This document shows positions 53,711-64,000 of a stretch of DNA of 64,000 bases, in pieces. The DNA comes from an uncultured Spiribacter sp. Lineage in GTDB: Bacteria > Pseudomonadota > Gammaproteobacteria > Nitrococcales > Nitrococcaceae. The notes below the pieces were generated by a model. The model was not told where the DNA came from. It was given only the letters and a program-made list of their open reading frames with translations, and did no database searches. The stretch is taken from positions 6,714 to 70,713 of the forward strand of contig CALGDM010000007.1 in the NCBI GenBank assembly GCA_937884605.1. The letters run 5' to 3'. How positions within the stretch are numbered: the first letter of the stretch is position 1; each line of letters opens with the position of its first letter. The position numbers and the translations under genes were made by a program.

Positions 53711-55168
53711 ATGCATCCCGATGCCGTCCAACGCGTGCTGGGTGTCCTGCTGATGGTGTTCAGCATGACGATGCTGCCGCCGGCCCTGGTGAGCGTGATC
53801 GTGGCCGACGGGGTGGCCGAGGCGTTCTTTGTGACCTTCGGCCTGCTGCTGGCGGTGGGCGGGCTGCTCTGGGCGCCGGTCCGCCAGTCGCGTCGCGAGC
53901 TGCGCATCCGGGACGGGTTTTTCGTGGTGGCGATGTTCTGGGTGGTGCTGGGGGCCGCCGGCTCGCTGCCGCTGGCCCTCCAGAGCGTGGTGCCGCTTGC
54001 CTTCGTCGATGCCCTGTTCGAGAGCGTCTCGGGTCTGACCACCACCGGCGCCACGGCGTTGACCGGGCTCGATGACCTGCCCCTGTCGATCCTCTACTAC
54101 CGCCAGCAGCTGCAGTGGCTGGGCGGCATGGGCATTATCGTGCTGGCCGTGGCGATCCTGCCGATGCTCGGCATCGGCGGCATGCAGCTGTATCGCGCCG
54201 AGCTGCCCGGCCCGGTCAAGGATGCCAAGCTGACCCCACGCATTGCCGAGACCGCCAAGGCGCTGTGGTATATCTATCTGGGCCTGACGGTGGCCTGTGC
54301 CCTGGCCTACTGGGCGGCCGGCATGGGGGCGTTTGACGCGGTCATGCACGCCTTCACTACCATTGCCACCGGTGGTTTCTCGACCCATGACGCCAGCATG
54401 GGGTATTTCGACAGCGCCCTGATCGAGATGATCGCGGTGGTGTTCATGATCATCTCGGCGCTCAACTATTCCCTGCACTTCATGGCCTGGCGGCGCCGCA
54501 GCACCGAGCCGTGGCGCAGCGACCCCGAGCTGGTGACCTTTCTGACCGTGCTGGCCCTGGTGACGGTGCTGGTGCTGGGCGGGCTGCTGATCTATCAGGC
54601 CGCGCACAGCCTGGTGCTGGACGAGACCTGGCATCACGCCATCTTTCAGGTGGTCTCGTTTGCCACCACCACCGGCTACACCACCGCCTCGTATTATGTC
54701 TGGCCGGCCTTCCTGCCGGTGCTGCTGCTGTTCGTGGCGGTGGTCGGCGGCTGTGCGAATTCCACCTCGGGCGGGCTCAAGGTGGTGCGCATCCTGCTGC
54801 TCTGGCGCCAGGGCGGGCGCGAGATCCTGCGCCTGATCCATCCCCAGGCCCAGATCCCCGTCAAGGTCGGCGACCGGCCGGTCAGCGAGCGGGTCATCGA
54901 TGCGGTGTGGGGCTTCTTTGCCGCCTATGTGCTGCTGTTCGTGCTGCTGATGCTGCTGATGCTGGCCATGGGCCTGGACCAGATCACGGCGTTCTCGGCG
55001 GTCGCTTCGGGGCTTGCCAACCTGGGCCCGGCGCTGGGGGATGTCGCCGCCAACTTTGCCGGCGTGGGGGCGGGGCCCAAGCTGGTCATGTGCGTGGCAA
55101 TGATCATGGGCCGGCTCGAGATCTTCACCCTGCTGGTGCTTTTTACGCCGGCCTTCTGGCGGCGTTGA
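53711..55168 (+). CDS. trkH: Trk potassium uptake membrane subunit
   Basis: FESVSGLTTTGAT, QWLGGMGIIVL, ATGGFS, TTTGY, NLGP, GRLEIF. Confidence 0.96.
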   Translation: MHPDAVQRVLGVLLMVFSMTMLPPALVSVIVADGVAEAFFVTFGLLLAVGGLLWAPVRQSRRELRIRDGFFVVAMFWVVLGAAGSLPLALQSVVPLAFVDALFESVSGLTTTGATALTGLDDLPLSILYYRQQLQWLGGMGIIVLAVAILPMLGIGGMQLYRAELPGPVKDAKLTPRIAETAKALWYIYLGLTVACALAYWAAGMGAFDAVMHAFTTIATGGFSTHDASMGYFDSALIEMIAVVFMIISALNYSLHFMAWRRRSTEPWRSDPELVTFLTVLALVTVLVLGGLLIYQAAHSLVLDETWHHAIFQVVSFATTTGYTTASYYVWPAFLPVLLLFVAVVGGCANSTSGGLKVVRILLLWRQGGREILRLIHPQAQIPVKVGDRPVSERVIDAVWGFFAAYVLLFVLLMLLMLAMGLDQITAFSAVASGLANLGPALGDVAANFAGVGAGPKLVMCVAMIMGRLEIFTLLVLFTPAFWRR

Positions 55169-55193
55169 TGCCCGGCTTGATAGCCTGCTCGGC

Positions 55194-55505
55194 ATGGATA
55201 TCGAAGCACTGAAAAAGATGATCGATGGTGGGCGCGATGGCGCCATGCCGCGCCTGACGCTGGGCGAGGCGCTGGCCCGAGAGGGTGACACCGAGGCGGC
55301 GCAGGCGCATCTGCGTCGCGCCATCGAATTTGATCCCGATTACTCGGCCGCCTGGCGGGCGCTGGGACGGCTGCAGCTGAAGGCCGGTGAGCGCGAAGCC
55401 GCCACCGAGACCTTCCGCAGTGGTCTGGAGGCGGCGCGCCGGCGCGGCGACATGCAGATCGTCAAAGAGCTCGAGGTGCGCCTCAAACGCCTGGACGGGC
55501 AGTGA
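55194..55505 (+). CDS. Small tetratricopeptide-repeat protein
   Basis: L.LG...A..HL..A...[13 protein letters not shown] pattern and GDMQ..KEL.V; homologs commonly neighbour trk genes. Confidence 0.8.
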   Translation: MDIEALKKMIDGGRDGAMPRLTLGEALAREGDTEAAQAHLRRAIEFDPDYSAAWRALGRLQLKAGEREAATETFRSGLEAARRRGDMQIVKELEVRLKRLDGQ

Positions 55506-55954
55506 TCGGTCTGCTCCAGCGCGTTACCCGGGCCGAGGTCCGGGTTGACGGTGACTCAGTGGGGGTCATCGATGCCGGTCTGCTGGTGCTGGTGGGTGTC
55601 GAGCAGGGCGATACGGCGGCGGGCGGCACGCGTCTGCTCGAGCGGTTGCTGGGCTATCGGGTGTTCGCTGACGATAACGGCCGCATGAACCGCAGCCTGA
55701 GCGACACCGGCGGCGGTCTTCTGCTGGTCCCGCAGTTCACCCTGGTGGCGGAGACCCACAAGGGCACGCGGCCGGGGTTTTCCGCCGCCGCGCCGCCCGC
55801 CACCGCCGCCCGGCGCTTTGATCAGCTGGTGGCCGAGGCCCATCGCCGGCATCCCCGGGTGCAGGCCGGCGTGTTCGGCGCCGATATGCAGGTCAGCCTG
55901 TGCAACGACGGGCCGGTGACCTTCTGGCTGAGCGTACCGCCCGACTCAAAGTAA
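55502..55954 (+). CDS. dtd: D-aminoacyl-tRNA deacylase
   Basis: [40 protein letters not shown]. Confidence 0.94.
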   Translation: MIGLLQRVTRAEVRVDGDSVGVIDAGLLVLVGVEQGDTAAGGTRLLERLLGYRVFADDNGRMNRSLSDTGGGLLLVPQFTLVAETHKGTRPGFSAAAPPATAARRFDQLVAEAHRRHPRVQAGVFGADMQVSLCNDGPVTFWLSVPPDSK

Positions 55955-56004
55955 CCGCGGCGGCGTGCTATCCTTCGGCGCATTCATTGCAAGGCGCCAC
56001 ACGC

Positions 56005-56598
56005 ATGAGCGAACGCAAGGCAACCATTGAGCGGGACACCCTTGAGACGCGCATCCGGATCGGTCTCGATCTGGACGGATCCGGGGCGGGCACGCGCCAG
56101 ACCGGCGTGGGGTTTTTTGACCACATGCTCGACCAGCTGGCCCGTCACGGACTGTTCGATCTGGACGTCAGCGCCGCCGGCGATCTGCACATCGACGCCC
56201 ATCACACCGTTGAGGATGTCGGCATTGCGCTGGGTCAGGCGTTTGCGGCCGCCGTGGGCGACAAGCGCGGCATCGTCCGCTACGGCCACGCCTTCTGTCC
56301 CCTCGACGAGGCGCTGTCGCGGGTGGTTGTCGACCTTTCGGGCCGGCCCGGGCTGTATTACCGGGTGACATTCCCCGCCGCCCGGGTTGGCGATTTCGAC
56401 ACCGAGCTGGTGCGCGAATTCTGGCAGGGCTTTGCCAGCCAGGCGGCGGTGACGCTGCACATGGACAGCCTGCAGGGGGACAACGCCCACCATGTCGCCG
56501 AGACCCTGTTCAAGGCCGGCGGCCGGGCCCTGCGCATGGCCTGCAGCACTGATCCGCGCGGCACCCACGCGCTGCCGTCGACAAAGGGCACGCTGTGA
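56005..56598 (+). CDS. hisB: Imidazoleglycerol-phosphate dehydratase (monofunctional)
   Basis: [43 protein letters not shown] at 56005. Confidence 0.96.
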   Translation: MSERKATIERDTLETRIRIGLDLDGSGAGTRQTGVGFFDHMLDQLARHGLFDLDVSAAGDLHIDAHHTVEDVGIALGQAFAAAVGDKRGIVRYGHAFCPLDEALSRVVVDLSGRPGLYYRVTFPAARVGDFDTELVREFWQGFASQAAVTLHMDSLQGDNAHHVAETLFKAGGRALRMACSTDPRGTHALPSTKGTL

Positions 56599-57230
56599 TC
56601 GCGATCATCGACTATGGCATGGGCAACCTGCGCTCGGTGGAGCGCGCGCTGACCCACGTGGGTGCCGCCGAGGTGCGTGTCACTGACGACCCCACGGTCA
56701 TCGAGGCCGCCGACCGGGTGGTGTTTCCCGGCCAGGGCGCAGTGCGCGATTGCATGAGTGCCCTGCATCGCTATGAGCTGGTGGATGTGCTGGGCCGGGT
56801 GATGCGCGATCGCCCGTTTCTGGGGATCTGCATGGGGATGCAGGCGCTGATGAGCCGCAGCGAAGAAAACGACGGCGTGCAGGCGCTGGGGTATTTCGAT
56901 GGCACCGTGCGGCATTTCCGGCACCTGACCGGGGGTGATCCGCAGCTCAAGATTCCGCACATGGGCTGGAACCGGCTTGAACAGACGCGGCCGCATCCGC
57001 TGTTTGCGGGCATCGAGCCGGGGACGCGCTTTTACTTTGTGCACAGCTACTACGTTGAGCCGGCCGATGCATCCATCATCCAGGGCCGCAGCGACTATGG
57101 CGCGCCGTTTGCCGCGGCGATCGGCGCCGACAATGTCTTTGCGACCCAGTTTCACCCCGAAAAAAGCCAGGCCCCCGGCCTGCGGCTGCTCGAGAACTTT
57201 CTTGCCTGGGATGGAGAACCATGCAGCTGA
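56595..57230 (+). CDS. hisH: Imidazole glycerol phosphate synthase glutaminase subunit
   Basis: [42 protein letters not shown]. Confidence 0.96.
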   Translation: MIAIIDYGMGNLRSVERALTHVGAAEVRVTDDPTVIEAADRVVFPGQGAVRDCMSALHRYELVDVLGRVMRDRPFLGICMGMQALMSRSEENDGVQALGYFDGTVRHFRHLTGGDPQLKIPHMGWNRLEQTRPHPLFAGIEPGTRFYFVHSYYVEPADASIIQGRSDYGAPFAAAIGADNVFATQFHPEKSQAPGLRLLENFLAWDGEPCS

Positions 57231-57964
57231 TACCCGCCATTGATCTCAAGGATGGCAAATGCGTGCGCCTGCGCCAGGGGCGCATGGTGGATGAGACGGT
57301 CTTCTCCGATGACCCGCTTGCGGTGGCCGATCGCTGGGTCGAGGCCGGCGCCCGGCGCCTGCACCTGGTGGATCTGGACGGGGCGCTGGCGGGGTTCCCC
57401 GTCAATGCCGATCTGATCGGCCGCATCGCCGAGGCCCATCCGGGCATCGAGGTGCAGGTCGGCGGCGGTCTGCGCAGCTTCGAGGTCATTCAGACCTATC
57501 TCGACGTGGGTGTGAACTACGTGATCATCGGCACCCAGGCGGTGCGCACGCCGAGCTTTGTCGACGATGCCTGCCTGGAGTTTCCGGGCCGCATCATGGT
57601 TGGCCTCGACGCCCGCGAAGGCCGCGTCGCCACTGATGGCTGGGAGAGCGTCTCGACCCTCACCGCCAGCGATCTGGCGCGGCGCTTTGAAGACGCGGGT
57701 GTCGATTCCATCGTGTTCACCGACATCGGCCGCGACGGCATGATGCGCGGCAGCAATGTCGAGGCCACCGCGGAGCTGGCCCGGGCCATCGATATCCCGG
57801 TGATCGCCTCGGGCGGGGTCACCGGTCTGGATGATGTCCGCGAGCTCTGCCAGGTGGCCGATTCGGGGATCAGTGGCGCCATCGTGGGCCGCGCGCTCTA
57901 TGAGGGCAGCATCGATCTGGCCGAGGCCCAGCGCCTGGCCGACGAGACGGTGGGCGGGCGCTGA
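57221..57964 (+). CDS. hisA: ProFAR isomerase HisA
   Basis: [46 protein letters not shown]. Confidence 0.96.
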   Translation: MQLIPAIDLKDGKCVRLRQGRMVDETVFSDDPLAVADRWVEAGARRLHLVDLDGALAGFPVNADLIGRIAEAHPGIEVQVGGGLRSFEVIQTYLDVGVNYVIIGTQAVRTPSFVDDACLEFPGRIMVGLDAREGRVATDGWESVSTLTASDLARRFEDAGVDSIVFTDIGRDGMMRGSNVEATAELARAIDIPVIASGGVTGLDDVRELCQVADSGISGAIVGRALYEGSIDLAEAQRLADETVGGR

Positions 57965-57966
57965 GC

Positions 57967-58737
57967 ATGGGCGTCGCGCGCCGCATCATCCCCTGCCTTG
58001 ATATCAACGCCGGCCGCGTCGTGAAGGGCGTCCAGTTTGTGGACATCCGCGATGCCGGTGATCCGGTGGAAATCGCCCGGCGCTATGACCGTGCCGGCGC
58101 GGATGAGCTGACCTTTCTGGACATCACCGCCAGCCACGAGCAGCGCGATACCCTGGTGCATACCGTCGAGGCAGTCGCCTCGGAGGTGTTCATCCCGCTG
58201 ACCGTGGGCGGTGGGATCCGCTCGGTGGCGGATGTGCGCCGCATGCTTAATGCCGGGGCCGACAAGGTCTCGATCAACACCGCGGCGATCCATGATCCGG
58301 ACCTGGTGAGCGAGGCCGCGGCCCGTTTCGGCTCGCAGTGCATTGTCGTGGCGGTGGACGCAAAACGCCGGGGCGGTACCGACGATGATCCGCGCTGGGA
58401 GGTGTTCACCCACGGCGGACGCCATCCCACCGGTCTGGATGCCATCGACTGGGCGCAACGCATGGCCGAGGCCGGCGCCGGCGAGCTGCTGGTGACCAGC
58501 ATGGATCGTGACGGCACCCGGACGGGATTTGACAATGCGCTCAACCGCGCCATCTCCGAGCAGGCCGGCGTGCCGCTGATCGCCTCGGGTGGGGTCGGCA
58601 ATCTCCAGCATCTGGTGGACGGCGTGATTGAGGGACGGGCCGATGCGGTGCTGGCCGCCAGCATCTTTCATTTCGGCGAATACACCATCGCCGAGGCAAA
58701 GATCTGCATGGCCGAGGCGGGGATCGAGGTGCGCTGA
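57967..58737 (+). CDS. hisF: Imidazole glycerol phosphate synthase cyclase subunit
   Basis: [44 protein letters not shown]. Confidence 0.97.
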   Translation: MGVARRIIPCLDINAGRVVKGVQFVDIRDAGDPVEIARRYDRAGADELTFLDITASHEQRDTLVHTVEAVASEVFIPLTVGGGIRSVADVRRMLNAGADKVSINTAAIHDPDLVSEAAARFGSQCIVVAVDAKRRGGTDDDPRWEVFTHGGRHPTGLDAIDWAQRMAEAGAGELLVTSMDRDGTRTGFDNALNRAISEQAGVPLIASGGVGNLQHLVDGVIEGRADAVLAASIFHFGEYTIAEAKICMAEAGIEVR

Positions 58738-59132
58738 TGGATTGGCTGGATGCGATTGCCTGGAACGCCGACGGCCTGGTGCCGGTGATTGCCCAGGATG
58801 CCGATGACGGCCGCGTGCTGATGATGGCCTGGATGAGCCCGCAGACCCTCGAGACCACCCGCCGGCTCGGCGAAGCGGTCTACTGGTCGCGCTCCCGCCA
58901 GCGGCCGTGGCACAAGGGCGAGTCCTCGGGCAATGTCCAGCGGGTGCGGGCGATCAGCCTTGACTGCGATGGCGACGCCCTGCTGCTGCAGGTCGAGCAG
59001 CGCGGCGGCGTGGCCTGTCACACCGGGCGGCGGAGCTGCTTCTATCGTCGACTCGCGGCGGATGGCTGGCAGATCACCGATCGCGTGCGGCGCGATCCCG
59101 CCGCTATGTATGGAGAAGGCACCGATGAGTGA
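58737..59132 (+). CDS. hisI: Phosphoribosyl-AMP cyclohydrolase
   Basis: [29 protein letters not shown]. Confidence 0.95.
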   Translation: MDWLDAIAWNADGLVPVIAQDADDGRVLMMAWMSPQTLETTRRLGEAVYWSRSRQRPWHKGESSGNVQRVRAISLDCDGDALLLQVEQRGGVACHTGRRSCFYRRLAADGWQITDRVRRDPAAMYGEGTDE

Positions 59133-59454
59133 CGAGATTCTGCGCCGCCTGGACGCGGTTCTGGCGGCGCGACGCGAGGCCGATCCGGAAAGCTCCTACG
59201 TGGCGGGGCTGCATGCGGCGGGCATTGATCGCATCCTCCGCAAGCTTGGCGAGGAATGCACCGAAACCGTGGTTGCGTCGAAGAACGGCGAGCGTGACGA
59301 TATCGTTTATGAAACCGCGGATCTGTGGTTCCATAGCCTTGTCATGCTCTCGCATCACGGGCTTGATTCCGAGTCGGTGCTTGCCGAGCTTGAGCGCCGT
59401 TTCGGGCTCTCCGGAGTCGCCGAAAAGGCGGCCCGGAACAAACAGGGGCAGTAA
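59125..59454 (+). CDS. hisE: Phosphoribosyl-ATP pyrophosphatase
   Basis: [29 protein letters not shown] at 59125. Confidence 0.94.
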   Translation: MSDEILRRLDAVLAARREADPESSYVAGLHAAGIDRILRKLGEECTETVVASKNGERDDIVYETADLWFHSLVMLSHHGLDSESVLAELERRFGLSGVAEKAARNKQGQ

Positions 59455-59486
59455 TGCCCATTGGCACGCGCTGGAGGTAATCCGTT

Positions 59487-59771
59487 ATGGGTCCTGGTGG
59501 AATCAGTCCCTGGTCTCTTTTATTGATACTGGTCATTGTGCTGTTGCTGTTCGGCACCAAGAAGCTGCGCAACGTGGGCACTGATCTGGGTGGTGCGCTC
59601 AAGGGATTCAAGAGCGCCATGAGTGACGGCGAAAAAGCGGCAAAGGACGGCGAGAACAGTCAGCAAGACCCGGAAAGCCTCGAGGAGAACGACGCCGACA
59701 GCGACGCCGCGTCCTCGACGGCCCGACGCGAGCAGGTCAAGGAAAAGGACTCGTCCGGCGGCAACGCCTGA
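59487..59771 (+). CDS. tatA: Twin-arginine translocase TatA
   Basis: [37 protein letters not shown]. Confidence 0.95.
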   Translation: MGPGGISPWSLLLILVIVLLLFGTKKLRNVGTDLGGALKGFKSAMSDGEKAAKDGENSQQDPESLEENDADSDAASSTARREQVKEKDSSGGNA

Positions 59772-59790
59772 CCGCCGGAGGAACGCGTTC

Positions 59791-60123
59791 ATGCTGGATG
59801 TCAGCTTCTGGGAGTTGCTGATCATCGGGGCGATCGCCCTGGTGGTCGTCGGCCCCGAGCGTCTGCCCCGCCTTATGCGCACCCTGGGATTGTGGGCGGG
59901 ACGCGCGCGCGCGTCGTTTCAGTCGATCCGCGATGAGGTCGAGCGCGAGGTCAACATCGATGGCGTCCAGCAGACCCGCCGCGCGGTGGATCGCGAGGCC
60001 AATGAGGCCAAGCGCAAGGTCACCGATGCGGTGGGCCAGGTCGACCCCGCCCGTGAGTCCGGCGAATCCCGCGAGTCCGGCGAGCCCCCGGCGTCGAAAG
60101 ACACGGGAGATGAATCCCGGTGA
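59791..60123 (+). CDS. tatB: Twin-arginine translocase TatB
   Basis: MLDVSFWELLIIGAIALVVVGPERLP. Confidence 0.94.
   Translation: MLDVSFWELLIIGAIALVVVGPERLPRLMRTLGLWAGRARASFQSIRDEVEREVNIDGVQQTRRAVDREANEAKRKVTDAVGQVDPARESGESRESGEPPASKDTGDESR
60052..60087 (+). repeat. Imperfect 18-bp tandem duplication in the tatB C-terminal tail
   Basis: cgtgagtccggcgaatcc / cgcgagtccggcgagccc, encoding RESGES-RESGEP. Confidence 0.7.
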
Positions 60124-60899
60124 GTGATCCCGCCAGCGACTCCAACGCAGCGGATCCCGACCGCCCGCTGCTGACGCACCTGCTCGAGCTTCGCACCCGG
60201 CTGCTGTACGCCGGCGGCTGCGTGCTGGTGCTGTTCCTGGCGGTCTACCCGTTCCGCGAGCCGCTCTATACCGCGCTCGCCGATCCGCTGATGGCGGTGC
60301 TGCCGCCGGGCACCTCGATGATCGCTACCCAGGTGGCGACGCCGTTTCTGATCCCGCTCAAGGTCGCGCTGGCCGGCGCGTTTTTCCTGAGTGTGCCGTT
60401 TCTGCTCTACCAGCTCTGGGCGTTTGTGGCGCCCGGGCTCTACCGCCACGAAAAGCGCCTGATCTGGCCGCTGGTGATCTCCAGCGTGCTGCTGTTCTAT
60501 CTGGGCATGGCCTTCGCCTACTTTGTGGTCTTTCCGCTGGTGTTCCAGTTCTTTGCCTCGGCGACACCGGATGGCGTGTCGATGATGACCGATATCGGCG
60601 AGTATCTGTCGTTCATCATGACGCTGTTCTTTGCCTTTGGGGCGTCCTTCGAGGTGCCCGTCGCCACCATCCTGATGGTGCGCAGCGGCGCCACGACGCG
60701 TCAGGCACTGGCCGCGAAGCGCCCGTTCGTGATCGTGGCGGCGTTTACCGTGGGCATGCTGCTGACGCCCCCCGACATCATCTCGCAGGTGCTGCTGGCG
60801 GTGCCGGTGTGGCTGCTGTTCGAGCTGGGGATCTTTTTCTCGCGCTGGTTCGAGGCACCGGCGGATGGTCGCCCGGTTTCTGAAGACGAAGAGTCATGA
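60120..60899 (+). CDS. tatC: Twin-arginine translocase TatC
   Basis: PLLTHLLELRTRL, WAFVAPGLYRHEK, FEVPV, LTPPDIISQ. Confidence 0.96.
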   Translation: MSDPASDSNAADPDRPLLTHLLELRTRLLYAGGCVLVLFLAVYPFREPLYTALADPLMAVLPPGTSMIATQVATPFLIPLKVALAGAFFLSVPFLLYQLWAFVAPGLYRHEKRLIWPLVISSVLLFYLGMAFAYFVVFPLVFQFFASATPDGVSMMTDIGEYLSFIMTLFFAFGASFEVPVATILMVRSGATTRQALAAKRPFVIVAAFTVGMLLTPPDIISQVLLAVPVWLLFELGIFFSRWFEAPADGRPVSEDEES

Positions 60900-61090
60900 T
60901 GCCCCGTGTCCCGCCCCGCAATTACCTGACTTCAAGGTCAGTTCTGGCGGCACCCGCAGGGGGTAACGGTTTTTCGGTCGCCTGCTGGCGCTCGTAAATG
61001 CCCATTGGCGTTGCGTTTAAGGGGGCTGCGGGTTAACTTGCACATACGCCAGAAACAGGCCTCCCCACCGCAGATGCCAGGTAAACTGCC

Positions 61091-63928
61091 ATGAGTGGTC
61101 CTTTCGAACAGTCGCTCAGTCACTCCTATCTCAACGGTGCCAACGCCAACTTCATCGAAGCACTGTACGAGAAATACCTCGAGGACGCCGACGCGGTCGA
61201 ACCGCGCTGGCGGGATTACTTCCGCGATCTCGAGGCGCTGGATCCCGACGGCCGCCGCGACGTGCCCCATACCCCGATCCGCGAAGCCTTCGAGGAAATC
61301 GGCCGCAGCAGCCGCCGGGGCCGCGCGCGCATCGCCAGCGAGGGCATGGATGCCGTGGCCGCGCAAAAGCAGGCGGCGGTTCTGCGCCTGATCAATGCCT
61401 ATCGCGTGCGCGGGCATCAGCATGCCGATACCGATCCGCTGCACCTGCGCGAACATCCGCAGGTCCCGGATCTGGATCCGGAATTTCACGGCCTCACCGA
61501 CGCCGATCTCGATACGGAATTCAACACCGGTTCGCTGGCGGCACCCGACCGGCTGACCCTGCGCGAGATTCTCGATCTGGTGCAGCGCGTCTACTCGGGC
61601 AAGATCGGCTCGGAGTACATGCACATCACGGATACCGCGCAGAAGCGCTGGATCCAGGAGCGGCTCGAGAAGCCGCAGGCACGCCCCCATCTCAGTGCCG
61701 ATGAGAAAAAGGCCCTGCTCAACCGTCTGACCGCCGCCGAAGGCATCGAGAAGTACCTCAACAGCAAGTATGTCGGTCAGAAGCGGTTTTCGCTGGAAGG
61801 CGGCGAGGCGACGCTGCCCATCCTCGATGAAATCGTTCAGCGCGGCGGTCGCGACGGGGTCGAGGAAATGGTGCTGGGCATGGCCCATCGCGGCCGCCTG
61901 AATGTGCTCATCAACCTGATGGGCAAGTCCCCGGCCGAGCTGTTTGCCGAGTTCGAGGGCGAGCACGCCCCGGAACATGCCAGCGCCGGCGATGTGAAAT
62001 ACCACATGGGTTATTCCTCGGACATCGACACGCCCGGTGGCCCGCTGCATCTGGCGCTGGCCTTCAACCCCTCCCACCTCGAGATCGTCAATCCGGTGGT
62101 CGAGGGATCGGCCCGCGCCCGTATGCACCGCCACGATGACGAGGACGGCCGCTCGGTACTGCCGGTGCTCATCCACGGTGACGCGGCCATGGCCGGCCAG
62201 GGCGTGGTCATGGAGACCCTGCAGCTGTCCCAGGCGCGGGGCTTTTACACCGGCGGCACGGTCCATCTGGTGATCAACAACCAGATCGGCTTTACCACCT
62301 CGAACCCGCTGGATACGCGCTCGACGTTCTACTGCACTGAAGTGGCCAAGATGGTTCAGGCGCCGATCTTTCACGTCAACGGCGACGACCCCGAAGCGGT
62401 GCTGTTCGTCACTCAGCTGGCGATGGACTACCGGCGTGAGTTTCACTCCGACGTGGTCATCGACCTGATCTGCTACCGCCGCCATGGCCATAACGAGGCC
62501 GACGAGCCCTCGGCGACCCAGCCGATGATGTATCAGAAGATCAAGGCGCGGCCGTCGGTGCGCAAGCTCTACGCCGATCAGCTGACCGACGAGGGCGTCA
62601 TCGACCGTGACGGGGCCCGCGCCATGGAGCGCGAATACCGGGACGCCCTGGACGCCGCCCAGGTGGTGGCGCCGGGCGCGCTCGAGGAGCAGGACAACGA
62701 GTTCACCGTCGACTGGTCGCCCTACTTTGACGCGCGCTGGGACGAGCCCGTGGACACCACGCTGTCGGTGGATCGGATCCGCTCGCTGCAGGAGAAGCTG
62801 CAGTGGCTGCCCGAGGGCTTCGAACTCAACCCGCGGGTGGCGACGGTCATGGAAAGCCGGCGCAAGATGGCGGCCGGCGCGCTGGCGATGGACTGGGGCT
62901 TTGCCGAGACCATGGCCTACGCCGGGTTGCTTGAGGAAGGCCATTGCGTGCGCCTGACCGGTCAGGATTCGGGGCGGGGGACATTCTTTCACCGCAACTC
63001 GGTGCTGCATAACGCCGCCGATGGCTCCACCCATACGCCGCTCAAGACCATCCCGGCCGAGCGCGATGATTTTGTGGTGATCGACTCGCTGCTCTCCGAG
63101 GAGGCCGTGCTTGGCTTCGAGTACGGCTATGCCACCGCGGATCCGCGCACCATGGTGATCTGGGAGGCGCAGTTCGGCGACTTCAGCAATGGCGCACAGG
63201 TGCTCATCGATCAGTTCATTGCCTCGGGCGAGACCAAGTGGGGCCGGCTCTGCGGGCTCACGCTCTACCTGCCCCACGGCTACGAGGGCCAGGGCCCGGA
63301 GCATTCCTCGGCGCGCATCGAGCGCTTTCTGCAGCTCTGCGCCGAGCAGAACATCCAGGTCTGTGTGCCCTCCACGCCGGCCCAGTTCTTCCACATGATC
63401 CGCCGGCAGATGCTGCGTCACTGGCGCAAGCCGCTGGTGGTAATGACGCCCAAGAGCCTGCTCCGGCACAAGCTCTCGACATCGGTGCTCGACGACCTGT
63501 CGGGGGGGCACTTTCAGGTGGTCATCGACGACACCGAAGGGGTGCGGCCCAGCAACGTCCAGCGGGTGGTGCTGTGCAGCGGCAAGGTCTACTACGACCT
63601 GCTCGAGGAGCGCCGCCAGCAGGGACGCAGCGATGTCGCGCTGATCCGCGTCGAGCAGCTCTACCCCTTCCCCGAGGCGCAGCTCTCGGCGTTGCTGAAG
63701 CGGCGCTACAAGACGGTGAAGTCAGTGGTCTGGTGTCAGGAAGAGCCCAAGAACCAGGGCGCCTGGTATCAGATCTATCACCATCTGACCCATTGCATCG
63801 CCCGCGATCAGAAGCTGACCTACGCGGGTCGCGATCCGCTGGCCTCGCCGGCGGTCGGCTACGCCAAGGTGCATTTCGAACAGCAGCGCCGCCTGGTGGC
63901 GGATGCGCTCGGCAAGGTTCACGGATAA
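61091..63928 (+). CDS. sucA: 2-oxoglutarate dehydrogenase E1
   Basis: KRFSLEGG, GMAHRGRLN, GDVKYHMG, HGDAAMAGQG, WEAQFGDF, GQGPEHSSARIERFLQ. Confidence 0.97.
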   Translation: MSGPFEQSLSHSYLNGANANFIEALYEKYLEDADAVEPRWRDYFRDLEALDPDGRRDVPHTPIREAFEEIGRSSRRGRARIASEGMDAVAAQKQAAVLRLINAYRVRGHQHADTDPLHLREHPQVPDLDPEFHGLTDADLDTEFNTGSLAAPDRLTLREILDLVQRVYSGKIGSEYMHITDTAQKRWIQERLEKPQARPHLSADEKKALLNRLTAAEGIEKYLNSKYVGQKRFSLEGGEATLPILDEIVQRGGRDGVEEMVLGMAHRGRLNVLINLMGKSPAELFAEFEGEHAPEHASAGDVKYHMGYSSDIDTPGGPLHLALAFNPSHLEIVNPVVEGSARARMHRHDDEDGRSVLPVLIHGDAAMAGQGVVMETLQLSQARGFYTGGTVHLVINNQIGFTTSNPLDTRSTFYCTEVAKMVQAPIFHVNGDDPEAVLFVTQLAMDYRREFHSDVVIDLICYRRHGHNEADEPSATQPMMYQKIKARPSVRKLYADQLTDEGVIDRDGARAMEREYRDALDAAQVVAPGALEEQDNEFTVDWSPYFDARWDEPVDTTLSVDRIRSLQEKLQWLPEGFELNPRVATVMESRRKMAAGALAMDWGFAETMAYAGLLEEGHCVRLTGQDSGRGTFFHRNSVLHNAADGSTHTPLKTIPAERDDFVVIDSLLSEEAVLGFEYGYATADPRTMVIWEAQFGDFSNGAQVLIDQFIASGETKWGRLCGLTLYLPHGYEGQGPEHSSARIERFLQLCAEQNIQVCVPSTPAQFFHMIRRQMLRHWRKPLVVMTPKSLLRHKLSTSVLDDLSGGHFQVVIDDTEGVRPSNVQRVVLCSGKVYYDLLEERRQQGRSDVALIRVEQLYPFPEAQLSALLKRRYKTVKSVVWCQEEPKNQGAWYQIYHHLTHCIARDQKLTYAGRDPLASPAVGYAKVHFEQQRRLVADALGKVHG

Positions 63929-63946
63929 AACAAGAGCGAGGAGTAG

Positions 63947-64000
63947 ATGAGCACCGAAGTCAAAGTACCGGCGCTGCCGGAATCGGTGAGTGAAGCCACC
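63947..64000 (+). CDS. sucB: 2-oxoglutarate dehydrogenase E2, N-terminus (3'-truncated by window)
   Basis: ATG 63947 after GAGGAG gives MSTEVKVPALPESVSEAT, the typical SucB start; directly follows sucA. Confidence 0.88.
   Translation, partial: MSTEVKVPALPESVSEAT

Noticed and set aside
60926..60941. Palindrome as an FNR or CRP site
   Set aside because: Its half-sites and spacing do not match TTGAT-N4-ATCAA, and its half-sites do not match TGTGA-N6-TCACA.

Overview
A high-GC, extremely gene-dense gammaproteobacterial core-genome segment with about 62 CDSs. The compact layout and acidic-looking proteins suggest a streamlined halophilic Chromatiales/Ectothiorhodospiraceae (Spiribacter-like) organism; this taxonomy is inference only. 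In order, the window holds ntrC (3' part), trmL, gpsA-secB-rhodanese, envC-ctpA, a long minus-strand run lptM-lysA-dapF-DUF484-xerC-hslVU-DUF971-ubiEJB, a carboxylesterase, argH, algR-like-hemCDXY, a ~15.8 kb minus-strand carbon/nitrogen run aceE-aceF-lpdA-(atypical KAS III)-gdhB-ybfF-maeB-qor, hemF, moaEA, tsaC-topA-smg-dprA-(TsaP-like remnant), def-fmt-rsmB-DUF4390-ntrYX-trkAH-TPR-dtd-hisBHAFIE-tatABC, and sucA plus the start of sucB. I found no rRNA, tRNA, CRISPR, prophage or IS element. Main anomalies: (1) fmt has no ATG/GTG/TTG upstream of its conserved N-terminus and appears to start at a CTG overlapping the def stop; (2) a FabH-fold enzyme lacking the His/Asn catalytic pair sits inside the PDH/GDH/malic-enzyme run; (3) an orphan AlgR ortholog has a dead receiver domain and no adjacent FimS kinase; (4) a miniaturised TsaP-like protein lacks LysM; (5) moaEA lies inverted between tsaC and hemF; (6) four of five convergent gene pairs share a CTAG double stop. 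All family assignments come from recognising motifs by eye, not from database searches.
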